From assembly GCA_950097015.1 (NCBI GenBank), contig CATNEN010000003.1, forward strand, positions 4,650,001 through 4,714,000: DNA of 64,000 nt. Reading direction: 5' to 3'. A program made the translations under genes and the position numbers. Positions 12,352 through 24,500 of the stretch are shown one piece after another. The notes under the pieces were generated by a model that saw nothing but the letters and a program-made list of their open reading frames with translations, was not told where the DNA came from and ran no database searches. The stretch is from Macrostomum hystrix. Its lineage: Eukaryota > Animalia > Platyhelminthes. Position 1 is the first letter of the stretch. The number at the start of each line of letters is the position of its first letter.

Positions 12352-15107
12352 TAGTGATTGAAGTAGACCTCAAGCTATTGGTTTCCAGCGAAATATTCTA
12401 GAATGCAGATATTGACTATATCAACCAAACATATTATTAAGCAAACATTGAAGCAACTTTAATCCGACATACAAACATATTTCAATATTGCGATACATAA
12501 ACTTTTACTAGTATAAACATAAACTACATAAATTTACTATATGTTTTTGTGTGTTTCTATGTCAATTAAATAATTATAAAATAAAATGGGTCAATTTTAT
12601 TAGCAACGCAATTTTTTATTATACATAATTTTATTTAACATAGTTATTTAAACAGCAAAGAAGCACAATCACATAAGAAAATTAAGTTTATATTTTTCGA
12701 GCACGAAGCGAAGGTTAAACATTTTTTAAGTCGAATATGAAATAATACATAAAATTTTCTTTTGAATTGGTTTGGTATGACTATGAGTATAAATATCCAA
12801 ACTTCATTTATATTTTGAATTCATTTTTTCTTTTCTACTAAGATAGAATTAATTATTGCGTGAATCACAAAATATCCAAATTATAACTGAACTTCTTAAC
12901 TTCTGCAAAATATTAGAGAAAAAAATCTGTCTGTATTTTAGCATCTAGAAATTGCCCGTTTTTTAGTACCAATATAGAGACGGCTTAGTTGCAAAGTATG
13001 GACGGTCTCGGTGTATATGTCCATCTTTCTAAGTGCTTGTTTTTAAGTAACTTTTTAAATAAAAAAGTATACCGTGAATATATAAATAAGGTCGCACAGT
13101 TACTTTACGCATCCAAAACAGCCAAGTTGTCAAAAAAGAGACAAAAATCCATGCTTTTAAAATGAAAAAATCAGCTCGAAATATTATGTTAAAAGGCTCT
13201 GGTGACTCCTCAAACTTGACGTAGAAAAACAAACCGTAATATATTAATATTGCAAAGTTTAGTTTGACTTCTAAAACTGAGGCTAAAAGAAATAAAAATT
13301 TTACTACTACTTAATGTGCACCATATCAATTAAAAATGAGAATGGATTTTCCGGAATCTTTAATTAAAAGTTTCTGCAGGAAATGGCTATTCGTAAGGTA
13401 CCGTACGATTAGCCACTTCCATAAATGTAACATGTTTGTTTCCAAAAAACGTTATTCTTACTTTAGGAAAGTCTACATATGCTGTGTTAATATTAATAAA
13501 AGAAATTCCATAAAACTATTAATTAAAGTTGCTAATATAAGTTGCTTAATATAAGTAATATTAAGTTGCTTAGTATAACATAAAACCTAAAAAGTGCATT
13601 TAAGACAAAAAATCATTACTTGCGCAATAAAAATACGAAAACGAATGAAGAAAGCATGCTTCTTCGTGTGCGCGATCCAAACGCGGTGAGCCGTCACCAT
13701 ACGTCGATCCGAAAACGGACGTCCGTACATTAATGGTAACATGAAGCATTTTTAGTACACACAGACAGTGCATATCATATACAAACTCACATGGCAACGA
13801 AATATATCTATACTGAAGAAAGTAGTCTTAATTCTGTAATCATAGTATGAATCGACGTCTTAAACTAGTACACTTATCCAGATCATGCATGCACTAATTA
13901 AAAAACTGCTGTTTGTTTTTATGTCATTTCAGCTCCGTTTCCTTAATTGCATGCCTTTAAAGGTAATTACTTTGCGTGGCTATTAACGCTGGTACATGAT
14001 GCAAGTCACATACATGTACATGAAGTTAAACTGCGAGCGCATAAATATTCTATCAAGCTGTTTTTCTGTACATCTAATATCATTTGTGATTGTTCGAAAA
14101 AAAGCGATTGAATTTCGACCGCGCTTTAATTAGCACTGAAAATATCGAAAAAATTCATGCATGAACTTTTATTCTATCGGGTAAGAAAATGATTTTTTTT
14201 AGATTAATCTAAAAATCCGTGAAAATATTAAAAGTGAAGCCTCCCATGATGCAATACATATGCTGATATTGATTCGGCATAAAAAAGCTCTTAAAGAAAC
14301 AATGCAATACTTTATACAGTACCATATACTCGTAGTCTTAAGCGTAATTGTATATTATATATTTTAGAATCTTTGCCGTACTTTTAAAATTTAAAATTAT
14401 AGCGATAGAGGAGGTAATAGGGCATATAGTTGCTGTCACGGCAGCAAAAGAGAAAGATCAAATGAAATTAACCGCCAATTGATATTTTTCTCGTCTCAAT
14501 ATGGACTTAAACCTTTAGAACCCTACAAGTACTAATATAAGCTAATAATAGAGTTCTTTAATTAGTATTGAATTTTTAAACAAAGGTTTTTTTCGAATGG
14601 TCTGATAGCCATTTTATTCGACTAGTCTTGGGGAACAAACGGAATGACGACGTTCTCTATCTCTGAATCATTATATTTTATTTCTCTTTTTGCACTGACA
14701 TCAGCATTTATATGTGACTGCAGTATTTATATATTCAATGAGATAAAATCTCGGTATGTACATAATTGGCCGATATGTATAGAAAAACGACACCGATGAT
14801 CAGCACGTGTTCCTGGAAATTAACAATTTGGGCCTTTATAAATTGAGGCCAATTCAAAATCACATTTTGTCATTCTGTTTTAATTAGCAGCAATATCTGA
14901 GCGCGGAGCTAAAATGATGTAATTAATCATTCTTTCCGGGGACGAAAGACTCAGCCCTAATTTCTTTTAATTTTCTTATTTTCCTAATTTGGACATTTTC
15001 ACTAAAAATCTTAATTATTTTGTTTATTACATCCACATCTGATACAAATACAAATACCAAATACCAAATACTTCGTACATGAAATGAATTGCCAACTGAG
15101 ACTAAAC

Positions 15108-15378
15108 GGTCAGCTAAGACAACTGACAACTGACAGCTAAGACAAATGACAACTTACAGCTGAGACAAATGACAACTTACAGCTGAGACAAATGACAACT
15201 TACAGCTGAGACAAATGACAACTTACAGCTGAGACAAATGACAACTTACAGCTGAGACAAATGACAACTTACAGCTGAGACAAATGACAACTTACAGCTG
15301 AGACAACTGACAGCTGAGACAACTGCCAGCTGAGACAACTGACAGCTGAGACAACTGCCAAAAGCCAGCTGACAACTG
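15108..15378. repeat. 23-bp minisatellite
   Basis: Unit agctgagacaaatgacaacttac, decaying to 16-mers at its end. Confidence 0.9.
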
Positions 15379-15450
15379 TTAGTAAAACCGAAAAGCACGA
15401 CCTGTTAATAATTAAGACAAGGAATCATCAAAGTTCATCAAGGAATCATC

Positions 15451-15853
15451 ATGCGGCCAGTCCGCAGCTTTCGTGCACCTGTGCGTGATCAGGTACCTCT
15501 GGCTACGGCTCTGAGGGAAAGGTGTCACCCTTTGACCTAAACAGGGTATGCGGCCTGTCCGCAGCGTTCGTGCACCTGTGCGTGATCAGGTACCTCTGGC
15601 TACGGCTCTGAGGGAAAGGTGTCACCCTTTGACCTTAACAGGGTATGCGGCCTGTCCGCAGCGTTCGTGCACCTGTGCGTGATCAGGTACCTCTGGCTAC
15701 GGCTCTGAGGGACAGGTGTCACCCTTTGACCTTAACAGGGTATGTGGCCAGTCCGCAGCGTTCGTGCACCTGTGCGTGATCAGGTACCTCTGGCTACGGC
15801 TCTGAGGGACAGGTGTCACCCTTCGACCTCAACAGGGTATGCGGCCAGTCTGC
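15451..15853 (+). repeat. Four tandem 97-bp monomers plus a partial fifth, forming the LINE 5' UTR
   Basis: Units start at 15451, 15548, 15645, 15742 and 15839 (atgcggcc(a/t)gtccgcagc..aacagggt). Confidence 0.95.
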
Positions 15854-15987
15854 GGGCCTGGCACTGCTTTAGGTGTCCTCTTATGCCTAAGGTCTCACCG
15901 CGCTAAGGGGCTGAAAGGTCCGGGGAGTCTATCCGGCCATTAGCGGTTTTTATTTTTATTTTTTCTTTCTCTTCTTTCCAGCGACCT

Positions 15988-17472
15988 ATGGAGTCCCACT
16001 ATAGCTCCAGCACGTCCCAGGACCCTGCTGAAACGCTGACCCCGGCCGGCGACGCAGATCCTCAGGACCAGCGCCAGGGCGGCACCGGTTCCACCGGCGC
16101 CCAAAATCCATCCTGCTCCTCCGCCACTCAGGAAAACACCAGAGCGGCTGGATCAAAGAGCAAACGCTCCCCTTCCACGCAAGCCCGCAGCTTCGCCCGC
16201 CTCCAGGAATTCCGGCGGCGTAAACAGGAAGTACGGTTGGCTGCGAAATCCGCGCCAACCACCGCCTCCGAGGAGGGGGCCGGCAACTCTGCGAACATCG
16301 CGGAGGAACCGGCACCCAACAAGGAGGCGGACTCCTCGCGCCGTCCGAGAAACCCGGAAGCGCGGAAAAGTGCCGCCCAGGCCTCTGGGGAGTCCGGTTC
16401 CTCTCGCGGCGGAACCTCTCACAGTCATCCGAAACTCCGACGACTGCTGGGGCGCCCGTTGCGGGAGGCGCCGGCCAAACCACAAGGCCAAAGCGCACTT
16501 ACGCTGCTATGGCAAAGAGGCAGCCGGCCTTGGTTATCCGAGGCCAGGAGACGCCCCTCAACAGCGCAACTCGACCAGATCTGGCGCAGATTGGATTCCC
16601 ATCTGGTCAAACTGGCACTGAGCGGCACTGTGCTGCACGTCCTGAAGACCGACATCCAGGACCAAGCCCTCATTATCCAGCCTGCCGACAACCAGTCCGG
16701 ACAGCAACTCCTCGAGATGCTGAAATCCTTCGACTGGGGCACGGAAATGGGCAACCTGTCCATCTACAGGGAGGACAAGCGCCCCCAGACACACCGTCAT
16801 CGTGTTTGGATTCCAGCTCGCAGAGCCATCACCAACGCCGGAGAACTGCGTCGCCTGCTGTTGGCAATCCACCCGGATCTGCCAGCAAACGGTGTCGTGG
16901 TTCATGAAACCATCACCAGACCTGGTGGAGACGGTTTCACGGCCATCCTAGGATTGTCGGACAGCTGGATGCTCCGCTGCCCAGACATGTCCTACATCAG
17001 TGCAGGCCTCACTCGAATGCAGATTTTCAGCTTCGAGTCCGACGACACTCGCCCGCCGCCCCCGGAAAAGCGGAAACGGACGGACCAGAGCTCTGCCGGG
17101 CCCCTGCGCCCTTGAACACAGACTCCTGGTCGTCACGACCACTCCGAGGATGCGGACCCTATCAGGGGCAAAGCCGCGCGAGCCGCAACGACAGGCGGAC
17201 GTGGTAAGGGCCGGAAATCCGCCCGCAACACCATCCGTACTGGCCTGACTCAGCGCGCCAGACAGCTGTCGGACCCCAACAGTGGACGCCACCGCACCAC
17301 CACCCGGCCCAATGTTTCATCGGAACCCCCGGCGGAAAACCGGGCTGAGGATACGGACGCCGCTGTTGCGGCAGCCCCGGCCTCAGCTCTGGACCCGATT
17401 CAGGAGGAACCGATGGAGCTCGGGCAAAACACCGGCGAGGACGAGGAATCGCTCCTGAACAACTCGCCGTAG
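15988..17472 (+). pseudogene. LINE ORF1 (DUF4780-like gag), interrupted by one in-frame TGA at 17113-17115
   Basis: The frame stays open after the TGA to TAG 17470-17472 (..EEPMELGQNTGEDEESLLNNSP*). The core ..W..L.I...D.RP....VWIP..LL..HPDL resembles LOA-clade ORF1. Confidence 0.75.
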
Positions 17473-17507
17473 GCCAGCAGATAGCCGCACGGACCGCCCC
17501 TCCTGGG

Positions 17508-20500
17508 GTGAGCTTCCTGCAGCTGAACCTGCACCACTGCATCGCGGCCTCGACCAACCTGGCGCGTGTGGTGGACTTCGAAAAACCGGGCATCATCCTC
17601 CTCCAAGAGCCCTGGACGAAGAAAGGTAAGATTCCGAACATTCCTGCAGGTTTTGACTGTTTTTTCATGCCCCAAAACCCCAGGGCTGCTGTGTTCGCGA
17701 CTACCGATCTCAAAGCTTGGTATAGACCAGACCTCTCTGACAAAGACCTCTGTGTCATCCAAACCAACCACTGCATTCTCCCGAACCGCACCGTCATCAT
17801 CGCCTCTATCTACATTCCTGGTGACGGTCCTGCGGTTCCGCCCAGTCTCACTTCCCTCGTGGACTACTGCTCAGGCCGCGACTTTGAGCTGCTGGTGGCA
17901 GGCGACATAAATGCCCACCACACCCACTGGGGCAGTGTTACTTCAAACTGCAGAGGCGAGGATCTCCTTGCCTACATCTGCACCACCAATATTGATTTCT
18001 GCAACTCGGGTGGCACACCCACCTTCGACAATGGGCGATGGACGGAGGATGACGCCACCCTCGCCTCTCAGGGCCTGACCCCTCTGATCAGGAACTGGCA
18101 GGTGTGGGACGAAGAGGAATCTCTGTCTGACCATCGCTTCATTCGTTTCCGGTTACTAAGCTCCTACTCCAAGCCTGGTATTCTGTGGAAAAGGAACGCC
18201 CGGAATACTGACTGGACGGCCTTTGCGGAATCCGTGAAGCGCCAGACCAACCAGTTAGAACCCGTTGTTCCTGCCACCTGTCAAGAAGTGGACGATCTGG
18301 CTGATCTACTCAGCATGACCATCTTGACAGCTCATGAAACCTCTTGCCCCCTTAAAGCCTACAAAGGCAAAAAAATCCGCTCCCTGGTGGAACCCAGCGC
18401 TTGGAACCCTCCGGCGCAAGGCCAAATCCCTCCAGCGGATTGCGCGGAAAAGCAAGGACCCAGCTGACCTGACCGCCTACCAGAATGCGATTCGTGACTT
18501 TAAGCGTGACACCAGGAAAGCGAAGTCCGAAAAGTGGCGCCAATACTGCTCCGAGCTGGAGGGCGCCCGCCCAACTTCTCGCGTTGTAAAAGCGCTCACT
18601 CTTGACAAAATTTCGAAGCTCTCAGTGATCAAAAGACCGGACGGCCGGCTTGCTGAGAATCCTGGCGAATCGCTGGACATCATGCTCGCCAGCGCTTTCC
18701 CTCAGACTGCGCCGCTTCAGGACCCGCCGGACCACACTCCGGGCGGACACATCCTTGCGACAACTATTATCACTAGAGAACGGACAGCTCGCGCTGCTAA
18801 TTCCTTCTCGCCTTTTAAGTCGCCTGGACCTGACAACATTTACCCCGCCTTCCTACATGAAGCGGTGAAAAATGACAGGTTCCTCGGCCTCCTTTGCAAC
18901 CTGTTCAAGGCCTGTATCACCCTCGGGTACGTACCCAGGTCTTGGCAGGAAGCCACTATCGTCTTCATCCCCAAACCTGGGAAGGGAGACTACCACTCCG
19001 CCAAAGCCTTCCGCCCCATCAGCTTAACATCTTTCTTTCTTAAGCTGCTTGAAAGGCTTGTTCTTTGGCGCCTCCTTCACGTTGAGCTGAGGAACCCCCC
19101 GCTCTCCGCCAACCAGCACGCTTTTCGATCCGGACGTTCCATCGAAAGTGCTCTGCATGCCATTGTCGACAAGCTGGAGCGCGCCGTGCTTGGCACCGGT
19201 TTTGCTCTCTCGCTTTTCCTCGACATTGATGGTGCCTTCGACAATGTGCTTTTCGGAGCCTTTAGGCGAGCCCTGGAACGCCGGGCTACGCACGAGCACC
19301 TCACCCGCTGGATCATGTATATGATCTCTCACCGAACTGCCACCTCGCACCTGCTTGGACACTCCCGTTCTGTGAATGTCCAGAAGGGAGGCCCGCAGGG
19401 TGGCATTCTCAGTCCGATCCTTTGGAACCTTGTCATGGACGAGCTGCTCTGCAGCCCTGACCCGGACCCGGTCCAAAAAATCGGCTATGCTGACGACGTC
19501 ACCGCCACCGTGGCCGGACCGTCTCCCCCGGTTCTTAGAGACCTTTTGCAAGCTTTCATCCACCGTGCCGAGCGCTGGGCCCATAGCTGCGGCCTCAAAC
19601 TCTCTGAGTCCAAGACCGTCGCCATTATGTTCACCAGCAAACGAAACTGGAGGATTGAGCCTCTCCTTCTCTATGACACACCCATCGCCATGGAGAAGCA
19701 AACCAGATGCTTAGGTGTCATCCTCGACCACAGGTTGAGCTGGACACCTCACGTCAAATTCAAAATCCGCAAAGCTCTTGCGACGCTCGCGCAGATCCGC
19801 AGAGCCTTCGGCGCCACCTGGGGCCTCACCCCCCCGCCGTCTCTGGTGGATTTACACTACCATTGTAAGACCGGCCATCTCTTTTGCCGGCTTCATCTGG
19901 AATAGTGCCCTGGAGACCAAAGGGTTCCTGAAGGCCCTAAACAAGGTGCAGGGCCGTGCTTGTCGAGCCATCATGAGTGCGGCACCCTCCACTCCCTTCG
20001 CTGGCATGAATGCCTTCCTGGACCTTCCCCCTTTAGATCTTTTTATCAAGGGGGAAGCGATGAAGACGGCTCGTCGTCTTCTGGACGCGGGCATCTCCAT
20101 CCGGAAGCAACTTGCCTTCAGCAAGCGGAACCTCCAGCCCCATGGCGACCTCAGCCTACGGGACCTGGACGCAGCAGGAGGTCTCAAAATTCTCTCAGAC
20201 GGAATCCCGTCGACGCTGTGCCCACCGCTAAAATTCAAAACCAGCATTCTGCTTCGCCAGGAAGTACGTGACCACGGCCAACCCCGTGAAATTCACTGCT
20301 TCACCGACGGATCGCAAATCAACTCGGTCTCTGGTTTCGGCTACTCCGGACATTATGTCCGGAGGGAAAACTGTGGCGACCTTCTCCCAGCACACCGGCA
20401 TAAACTCCACCGTTTTCCAGAACGAAGTTCTCGCCATCAGCTCCTGCGCCCTGGAGCTGATCAACCAAAACGTCCACGGAGCAGAAATCTTCCTCCACTC

Positions 20501-21219
20501 GGACAGCCAGGCGGCGATCCATGCCCTTGGACGCACGCACACCTGCTCGCGCACAGTCCTCGACTGCGTCGCGCAACTCAACCGCTTAGGGACCCACAAC
20601 AAGGTGTCCCTAAGGTGGATTCCAGGGCACTCTGGCCACCCTGGTAACGAATTGGCCGACAGCCTCGCCAAGGCCGGTTCGACGGGTTCGCTTTTTGGCC
20701 CCGTGCCTGCGGTCTCCACCCCTACCGCCGTCGTCAACACTCGGATTAACCAGTGGGTGACCTCTAAGCACAAGGACAGATGGATCAATACCGCCGATTG
20801 TCGGCAGTCTCGCGCTGCTGTCCCTTGTCCCTCCACTGCCCTTCGCAAAGCCTTGCTTGGACTGAACCACAAGGACATCAGGGCAGTTACCATGGCCCTC
20901 TCTGGCCATGGCTGTTTCGCCAGGCACCGCTTCCTGCAAGGCATAATCCGCAGTGAGGAATGCCCCTTCTGCCTCTTCCTATGTTGAGGATGCAGAGCAT
21001 TTTATTTGCGACTGCCCCGCCTTCACTCAGGACCGGCTCACCTATCTCGGCCCAAACCCGGATCTCCCCGACGTTTTCAGGCCTGAGAACATCTGCCAGC
21101 TTGTCCGATACCTGAGGGCCACCGGGCGAGCAACCCTCCACCTCCTGGACTCTCCGGAGGAGGACCGCGCTGCAGACGCCGGCACCACCGGATCCCCCTG
21201 CGCGACACCGCAGCTTTAG
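17508..21219 (+). pseudogene. LINE ORF2 (pol) broken by about 4 frameshifts
   Basis: Consecutive overlapping ORFs 17508-18467, 18334-19905, 19778-20647, 20268-20987, 20953-21219. Shifts lie near 18370 (A-run), 19830 (C-run), about 20345 and about 20978. Confidence 0.9.
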
Positions 21220-21587
21220 TTGCCTGTGGTCGCCAGGGGCTAGCGGAATGGGCGGCAACGCCTCCCCGCTGCATCCGGAAGATGCCCCCTGCAGCTAAGT
21301 CAAGTAAGTCAATCATCAAAGTTAAAAGTTCTCGTAGATCTAAATCCTATTGAGTTTGTTAATCTGGATTAAACTGTCAAACGCGCCACACAATGTGCAG
21401 ATTGGTTAAAGCAACAACGGGTACTCTCGTTGAAGCTGTAATTTTGTTTCAACCAATAGCATTGCTGCTATGCTGGGATTGTAGCTGAATTTAAGTCAGG
21501 TGAAAATTATCAACCGGTTTTTACATCACTTTTTACCTCGAGCAAAGTCTCCGAGAAGCAGTTATTTTTTCGACTGAATTTATAACG

Positions 21588-24500
21588 ATGCGTTTCTTAA
21601 CTATATCTGCGGCATCAATTCTCCTGTTGATTGGAGTTGCCTGCAGGTGTGACGGCAGCCGCATCCTGATGATGAGGGAGCAGCCGTGTTGGCTGCAGCA
21701 TGTTGCCAACCAAGGTAGGAAGACTTAATCGTGAGACTCGGGTATTCAGGGTACTATCTATTAGACAGGAGTGCATGATCTATGAGACGTGGTGTGATAT
21801 GTTAGACATAGAGTGCATGATCTATGAGACATGGTGTGATCTGTTAGAGAGGCTGTGATCTGTTTGACAAATTTGAACTGTTAGACAGGGTGTGATCTGT
21901 TAGACAGGGTGTGATCTGTTAGACAGGGTGTGATCTGTTAGACAGGGTGTGATCTGTTAGACAGGGTGTGATCTGTTAGACAGGGTGTGATCTGTTAGAC
22001 AGGGTGTGATCTGTTAGACAGGATGTGATCTGTTAGACAGGGTGTGATCTGTTAGACAGGGTGTGATCTGTTAGACAGGGTGTGATCTGTTAGACAGGGT
22101 GTGATCTGTTAGACAGGGTGTGATCTGTTAGACAGGGTGTGATCTGTTAGACAGGGTGTGATCTGTTAGACAGGATGTGATCTGTTAGACAGGGTGTGAT
22201 CTGTTAGACAGGATGTGATCTGTTAGACAGGATGTGATCTGTTAGACAGGATGTGATCTGTTAGACAGGGTGTGATCTGTTAGACAGGGTGTGATCTGTT
22301 AGACAGGGTGTGATCTGTTAGACAGGGTGTGATCTGTTAAATAAGATAATATTAATAAAAAACACTAACAATTCGTTTAGTATCAAGAGAAAAATCTTTA
22401 AATGTGCATTTTCAAGGAAATATCATTGTCATCAGATAGTCAATTCTTTTTTGGAGTCAATCGGGTTTAAAATTCAATCACTTAAACATGAAAGCTTTAA
22501 CATGAGATAAATATAACACACCATAGATCTTTCACGACTGAACAAAAGCTCTTATGCACGAGTTCGTTTACTAGAGGAATGTCTTTTATATCGATTTTTT
22601 TATAATTAATAATATAATAATTGATTACACCTGCCCCAATTGGGTCAGATGTGCAGCCGACAGCACAGCCGCAGCTATTGCGCGGCGCATCTGAAAGCGC
22701 ATGCGTACAGCTGTTCAGTCCATGGACTGGGGGGACGCCACACCCACCTTCAATTATCCCAGCTGATGCTGGTACCCATTTAACAGCTGGGTGAACTGAA
22801 GCAATGCAGAGTTAAGTGTCTTGCTAAAGGACACAAATTGTTCCAGAGTCGGGAATCGAACCCCCGACCTTCAAGTCGTGAGTCCGACGCCCTTCTATCT
22901 ATCTATTTGCAAGGGGGCCCGGGGCACTTGTCGCACAAGCGACGGAGCGGCACGCCCCCAGACCGGCGAACTAGGCGCTTTTGCGCCCATCGCGCCGCCT
23001 CCCCTATGCAGGCACCACACACAGCAGCACAGACCAGCCGGGGAGGGCAGGAGGCACCCAGAATAGGCAGCAGTGTCCCCCACCCCAGCCCCACACGCAC
23101 ATAGCAGACCAAGCCGGGGCGGAAGGCTGATAAGAAATCAGTCCTCAGGGGGGGGCCGGGTGATGAGTGTACACTTATCCAATCGCGCTGACGGAAGTCC
23201 AGAAAGCGCGCGGCGGTGTACACCCGCCCTCCAGCCACCCCCCGCAAGGTCTCACGCCCCAGCGCCAACGCACACAACTCACACAACGCAGTACAGGCAC
23301 ACAGAAGGTAGGAGCGAAGCTATTATTTCAAGCATTGATTGCACGAAATATGGTGCACCTCCGCCGGTCGCTACTGTCCAAACCCCCAACAAGTCCCGAA
23401 ATTAATCGTGACTTGAAGGGTGAATCGAACTAGCGTCCTTTGGAGTGCGAGGCAGCGACGTTAGCCGCTGACCCACTCGCCCCCTGTCCGACGTCCTTAC
23501 CACAAGGCTACAACTTCTCGATTTTTATATATTTTTATCCTGAAACTATAATATCAATTTCGCTACCGATATTAATGATGCGTTAATAAAAATCTAGAAT
23601 GACACACTGGCGTTGTGAGTGACTTGCCTTCAACAAACAGGCAACAATTTAACGCAAGCCCCGACGAAAGTATCTCTAGTGCCAGCAAACAAAGATAAGT
23701 CGCATCGGCAGTGTCAGTGTCAGGCGCTTCTTTCCCGACGCTCTCGTCAGCTCCGATAACGCCAAGTCCAGCGAAGTTCTTGGCTTCAGTACGAGCTTGC
23801 ATGACCATAATAAAAAATGATTTTCTTCTCTCGACTTGAATATTTCCTGTCGAGCTATAGATGAAGCCAACTAATTCAAACCGAATCGCTCTTCACAGGA
23901 CGTTTAATTAAAAAAATTGCCCATCTTGTAGATTTGTGGGCAAATAATTTCCTGCGTCTTTGAATGCAGCAGAAAAAGCAAGGAAATACAAATTACAAGT
24001 TTTGTATAGCACCAAGCCTGCTCGAATTTTTTAGATTTTTAACCAGATAATTATCCGATGGGTATAATTACTCATTTTTCATTGCCTTATTTAGAATTTT
24101 ATCCAAGTCTCTTTATCTAGACACATTCTTTTGTCAAAAATACATTCTTTTTTTTCAATATTTTCGCGAAAAAATGTTCCGACCGACAACATACAGTTCG
24201 ATTACCCGACCCATATCTACCCTGAAATTTAGACTCAACACATAGAATTATCATCGCGTTGGACAAATGGAACACATAAATACTGGGACGATGCACATGA
24301 ATCATTTACATATATAATACATGGTATTGTGAAGATTTCCACGACTTTGGAATCTTGATAATAAACATGAAACTTGTGACAATGAACATAACTTTTGTGC
24401 TGATGAACATGAATATGTTAATGCTGAACATAAATCTGGTGCTGATAAACATGAATATTGTGACGATGTACATTATTATTGTGCTGGTTGTACATGAAAA

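Larger units (their letters stand above)
15436..21310 (+). mobile_element. Full-length non-LTR retrotransposon, LOA clade (Lian/Baggins-like): ORF1 plus APE-RT-RNase H-CCHC
   Basis: 13-bp TSD aatcatcaaagtt at 15423-15435 and 21311-21323, and a 3' tail taagtcaagtaagtc. ORF2 motifs: SFLQLNLHH/LLQEPW/GDINAHH/SDHRFI (APE); KSPGPD, FRPISLTS, QGGILSP, YADD (RT); [30 protein letters not shown] (RNase H); CPFC..HFICDCP. Confidence 0.95.

Noticed and set aside
12400-15100. Genes or RNA genes in the long AT-rich intergenic stretches (also 25100-28000 and 60100-61700)
   Set aside because: Only short AT-rich ORFs with no motifs or consistent splice structure. No SL RNA or snRNA signature was recognised.
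15451-15853. CRISPR-like array (also considered for 42092-43260 and 35790-36436)
   Set aside because: The units are contiguous near-identical tandem repeats with no unique spacers, there are no cas genes, and the context is eukaryotic.
15986-21319. Numerous minus-strand and alternate-frame ORFs in the LINE
   Set aside because: They are GC-rich shadow ORFs of ORF1/ORF2 with no independent motifs.
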